A program made the position numbers and the translations under genes. A DNA stretch of 64,000 bases. It comes from a bacterium (GTDB lineage: Bacteria; Bacteroidota; Bacteroidia; Bacteroidales; Bacteroidaceae). The stretch covers positions 22,387 to 86,386 of the forward strand of contig CAVIMN010000011.1 of assembly GCA_963644035.1 (NCBI GenBank). The letters are read 5' to 3'. This document shows positions 62,569 through 64,000 of this stretch, one piece after another. Numbering within the stretch: the first letter of the stretch is position 1; every line of letters starts with the position of its first letter. The notes below the pieces were generated by a model. It made no database searches, had not been told where the DNA came from, and worked only from the letters and a program-made list of their open reading frames with translations.

Positions 62569-63171
62569 TTATCGTGTGGAAGAAGTGAAAGCTTCAGCCA
62601 CCTCCTCCAGTTCCTTGTACCAATCTTCGCCGAATCGTCTTATGAGCGGACCCCGCAGGAACTTGTAAACAGGCAAGCCTAGTTCTTTTCCTTTCGCCGC
62701 GGCGTCTTTGCAAACATCCCAGCGGTTGTAGTTCAGTCCCGTCAGGCCATTGCCCAGTTGCTTCTCGCGGATAGGGTAGAGGGCGCAGCTAATGGGCTTG
62801 CAGAAGTCTGTCAGTTTGCCTTCACGCCATGAGCGTTCAAGGGCACACAGGCAACATCCATTGTCGTAACAAGTAAATACGCAGTCTTTCCCGTTAACGA
62901 TGCTTGTTACAAGGTCGCCGTCACGGTCGGCGTAAGCCACACCCTGTTTGTCGATTACGGCTTGGGCTTGGGCAGAGAGGTCGTTCCATACGGTGTCGAG
63001 CGAATCTTCTATCTGTGATATCTCCTCTAGAGTAACAGGAGCGCCAGCGTCTCCTTCAACACAACATATGCCGTGACAAGCGTCAAGGTCGCAGCAGAAT
63101 TGTTCCGTTATAATGTCGGGCGATAGAAGAACGTCGCCTACTTGTAGGATTGGTATATAGTTCTTGTTCAT
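62569..63171 (-). CDS. DUF3109 family Cys-rich protein
   Basis: Motifs FCCDLDACHGICCVEGDAGAP, DCVF and KPISCALYP; start could be 63195. Confidence 0.8.
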   Translation of the reverse strand: MNKNYIPILQVGDVLLSPDIITEQFCCDLDACHGICCVEGDAGAPVTLEEISQIEDSLDTVWNDLSAQAQAVIDKQGVAYADRDGDLVTSIVNGKDCVFTCYDNGCCLCALERSWREGKLTDFCKPISCALYPIREKQLGNGLTGLNYNRWDVCKDAAAKGKELGLPVYKFLRGPLIRRFGEDWYKELEEVAEAFTSSTR

Positions 63172-63188
63172 TTTTTCGTTGTTGTTCC

Positions 63189-63854
63189 TTACCATTTAAT
63201 CGGCTCTATACCATTCTGAACTAGGTATTCGTTGCAGCGTGAGAAATGATGGTTGCCGAACCAACCGCCGCGGTTAGCAGACAAAGGGGATGGGTGTACG
63301 GATTGAAGAATCAAGTGTCGTGACGTATCTATGAGTGTTGCTTTGCTGCGTGCGTATCCTCCCCATAGAATGAACACAAGATTTTCTCTCTCTTGGCTGA
63401 GAGCTTTTATTGCAGCGTCTGTGAATGTCTCCCACCCTTTGCGTTGGTGAGAAGCCGCTTGATGGGCTCTTACGGTAAGTGTTGCGTTTAGAAGTAGCAC
63501 ACCTTGCTCTGCCCATCGTGTAAGATTGCCAGACTTGGGCATTTCTGCGCCAGTGTCAAGGCTTATCTCCTTGAAAATGTTTTGCAAAGAAGGAGGAAAC
63601 GGCACTCCATCGGCAACGGAGAAACTCAGTCCGTGTGCCTGTCCGGGTTCATGGTAGGGGTCTTGTCCGATGATAACAACCTTCACCTTGTCAAACGGGC
63701 ACAAGTTGAAAGCGTTGAAGATGAGCTTGCCCGGGGGGAAACACTGTGTGTGTAGGTATTCGCTACGCACAAACGCTGCAAGGTCAACAAAATATTGTTT
63801 GCAGAATTCCGCCCCGATATGTTCCTTCCACGACTGTTCAATATTAACGTCCAT
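63189..63854 (-). CDS. ung: Uracil-DNA glycosylase
   Basis: Motifs GQDPYH, GLSFS, GVLLLN and HPSPLS. Confidence 0.97.
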   Translation of the reverse strand: MDVNIEQSWKEHIGAEFCKQYFVDLAAFVRSEYLHTQCFPPGKLIFNAFNLCPFDKVKVVIIGQDPYHEPGQAHGLSFSVADGVPFPPSLQNIFKEISLDTGAEMPKSGNLTRWAEQGVLLLNATLTVRAHQAASHQRKGWETFTDAAIKALSQERENLVFILWGGYARSKATLIDTSRHLILQSVHPSPLSANRGGWFGNHHFSRCNEYLVQNGIEPIKW

Positions 63855-64000
63855 AATGTTTTAGAGTATATGCATGCAATAATATTGCAGCAAAATTACG
63901 GATAATAATTCGTTTTGACAAGGATGGCTGAAACGTAAGGGCAGGAAGAAAGATAAAATCATAAAAAAATAGAAATTTAATACCTTATATAATGCGTTAT

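Noticed and set aside
1..64000. tRNA, rRNA, IS transposase, integrase or prophage genes
   Set aside because: None recognised by eye or in the ORF track; a tRNAscan/Rfam run would be needed to exclude small RNAs formally.

Overview
Chromosomal segment from a Bacteroidales bacterium, most likely Prevotella-like (TAnnTTTG promoters, PorZ/T9SS, frdCAB, korAB). Most of it is housekeeping and cell-envelope genes (sufE, korAB, lpxL/msbA, miaB, rbfA, nadA, porZ, leuS, mutS, lgt, ychF, polA, uvrC, mnmG, frdCAB, ung). The window appears to contain the chromosomal replication origin, in the rbfA-nadA gap (about 15.24-15.86 kb). Support: a DnaA-box cluster, a B. subtilis-like unwinding module, a GC-skew switch, and two parS palindromes at 51.6 and 53.0 kb. 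There are three accessory patches. (i) 18.0-23.2 kb: an apparently orphan N6-adenine methyltransferase with a probable restriction-gene remnant, then a 965-aa T9SS-type secreted FG-GAP protein with two Ser/Thr-rich pore-former-like hairpins. (ii) 42.2-43.7 kb: two tandem cassettes for small secreted proteins with identical N-halves, divergent C-halves and covarying 3' RNA hairpins; their promoter is nearly the same as that of the 965-aa gene 22 kb away. (iii) 58.9-62.5 kb: an EamA/two-component/PAP2 module with a shared regulator box. No CRISPR array, rRNA, tRNA or transposase was recognised. All calls are by eye; no database searches were run.
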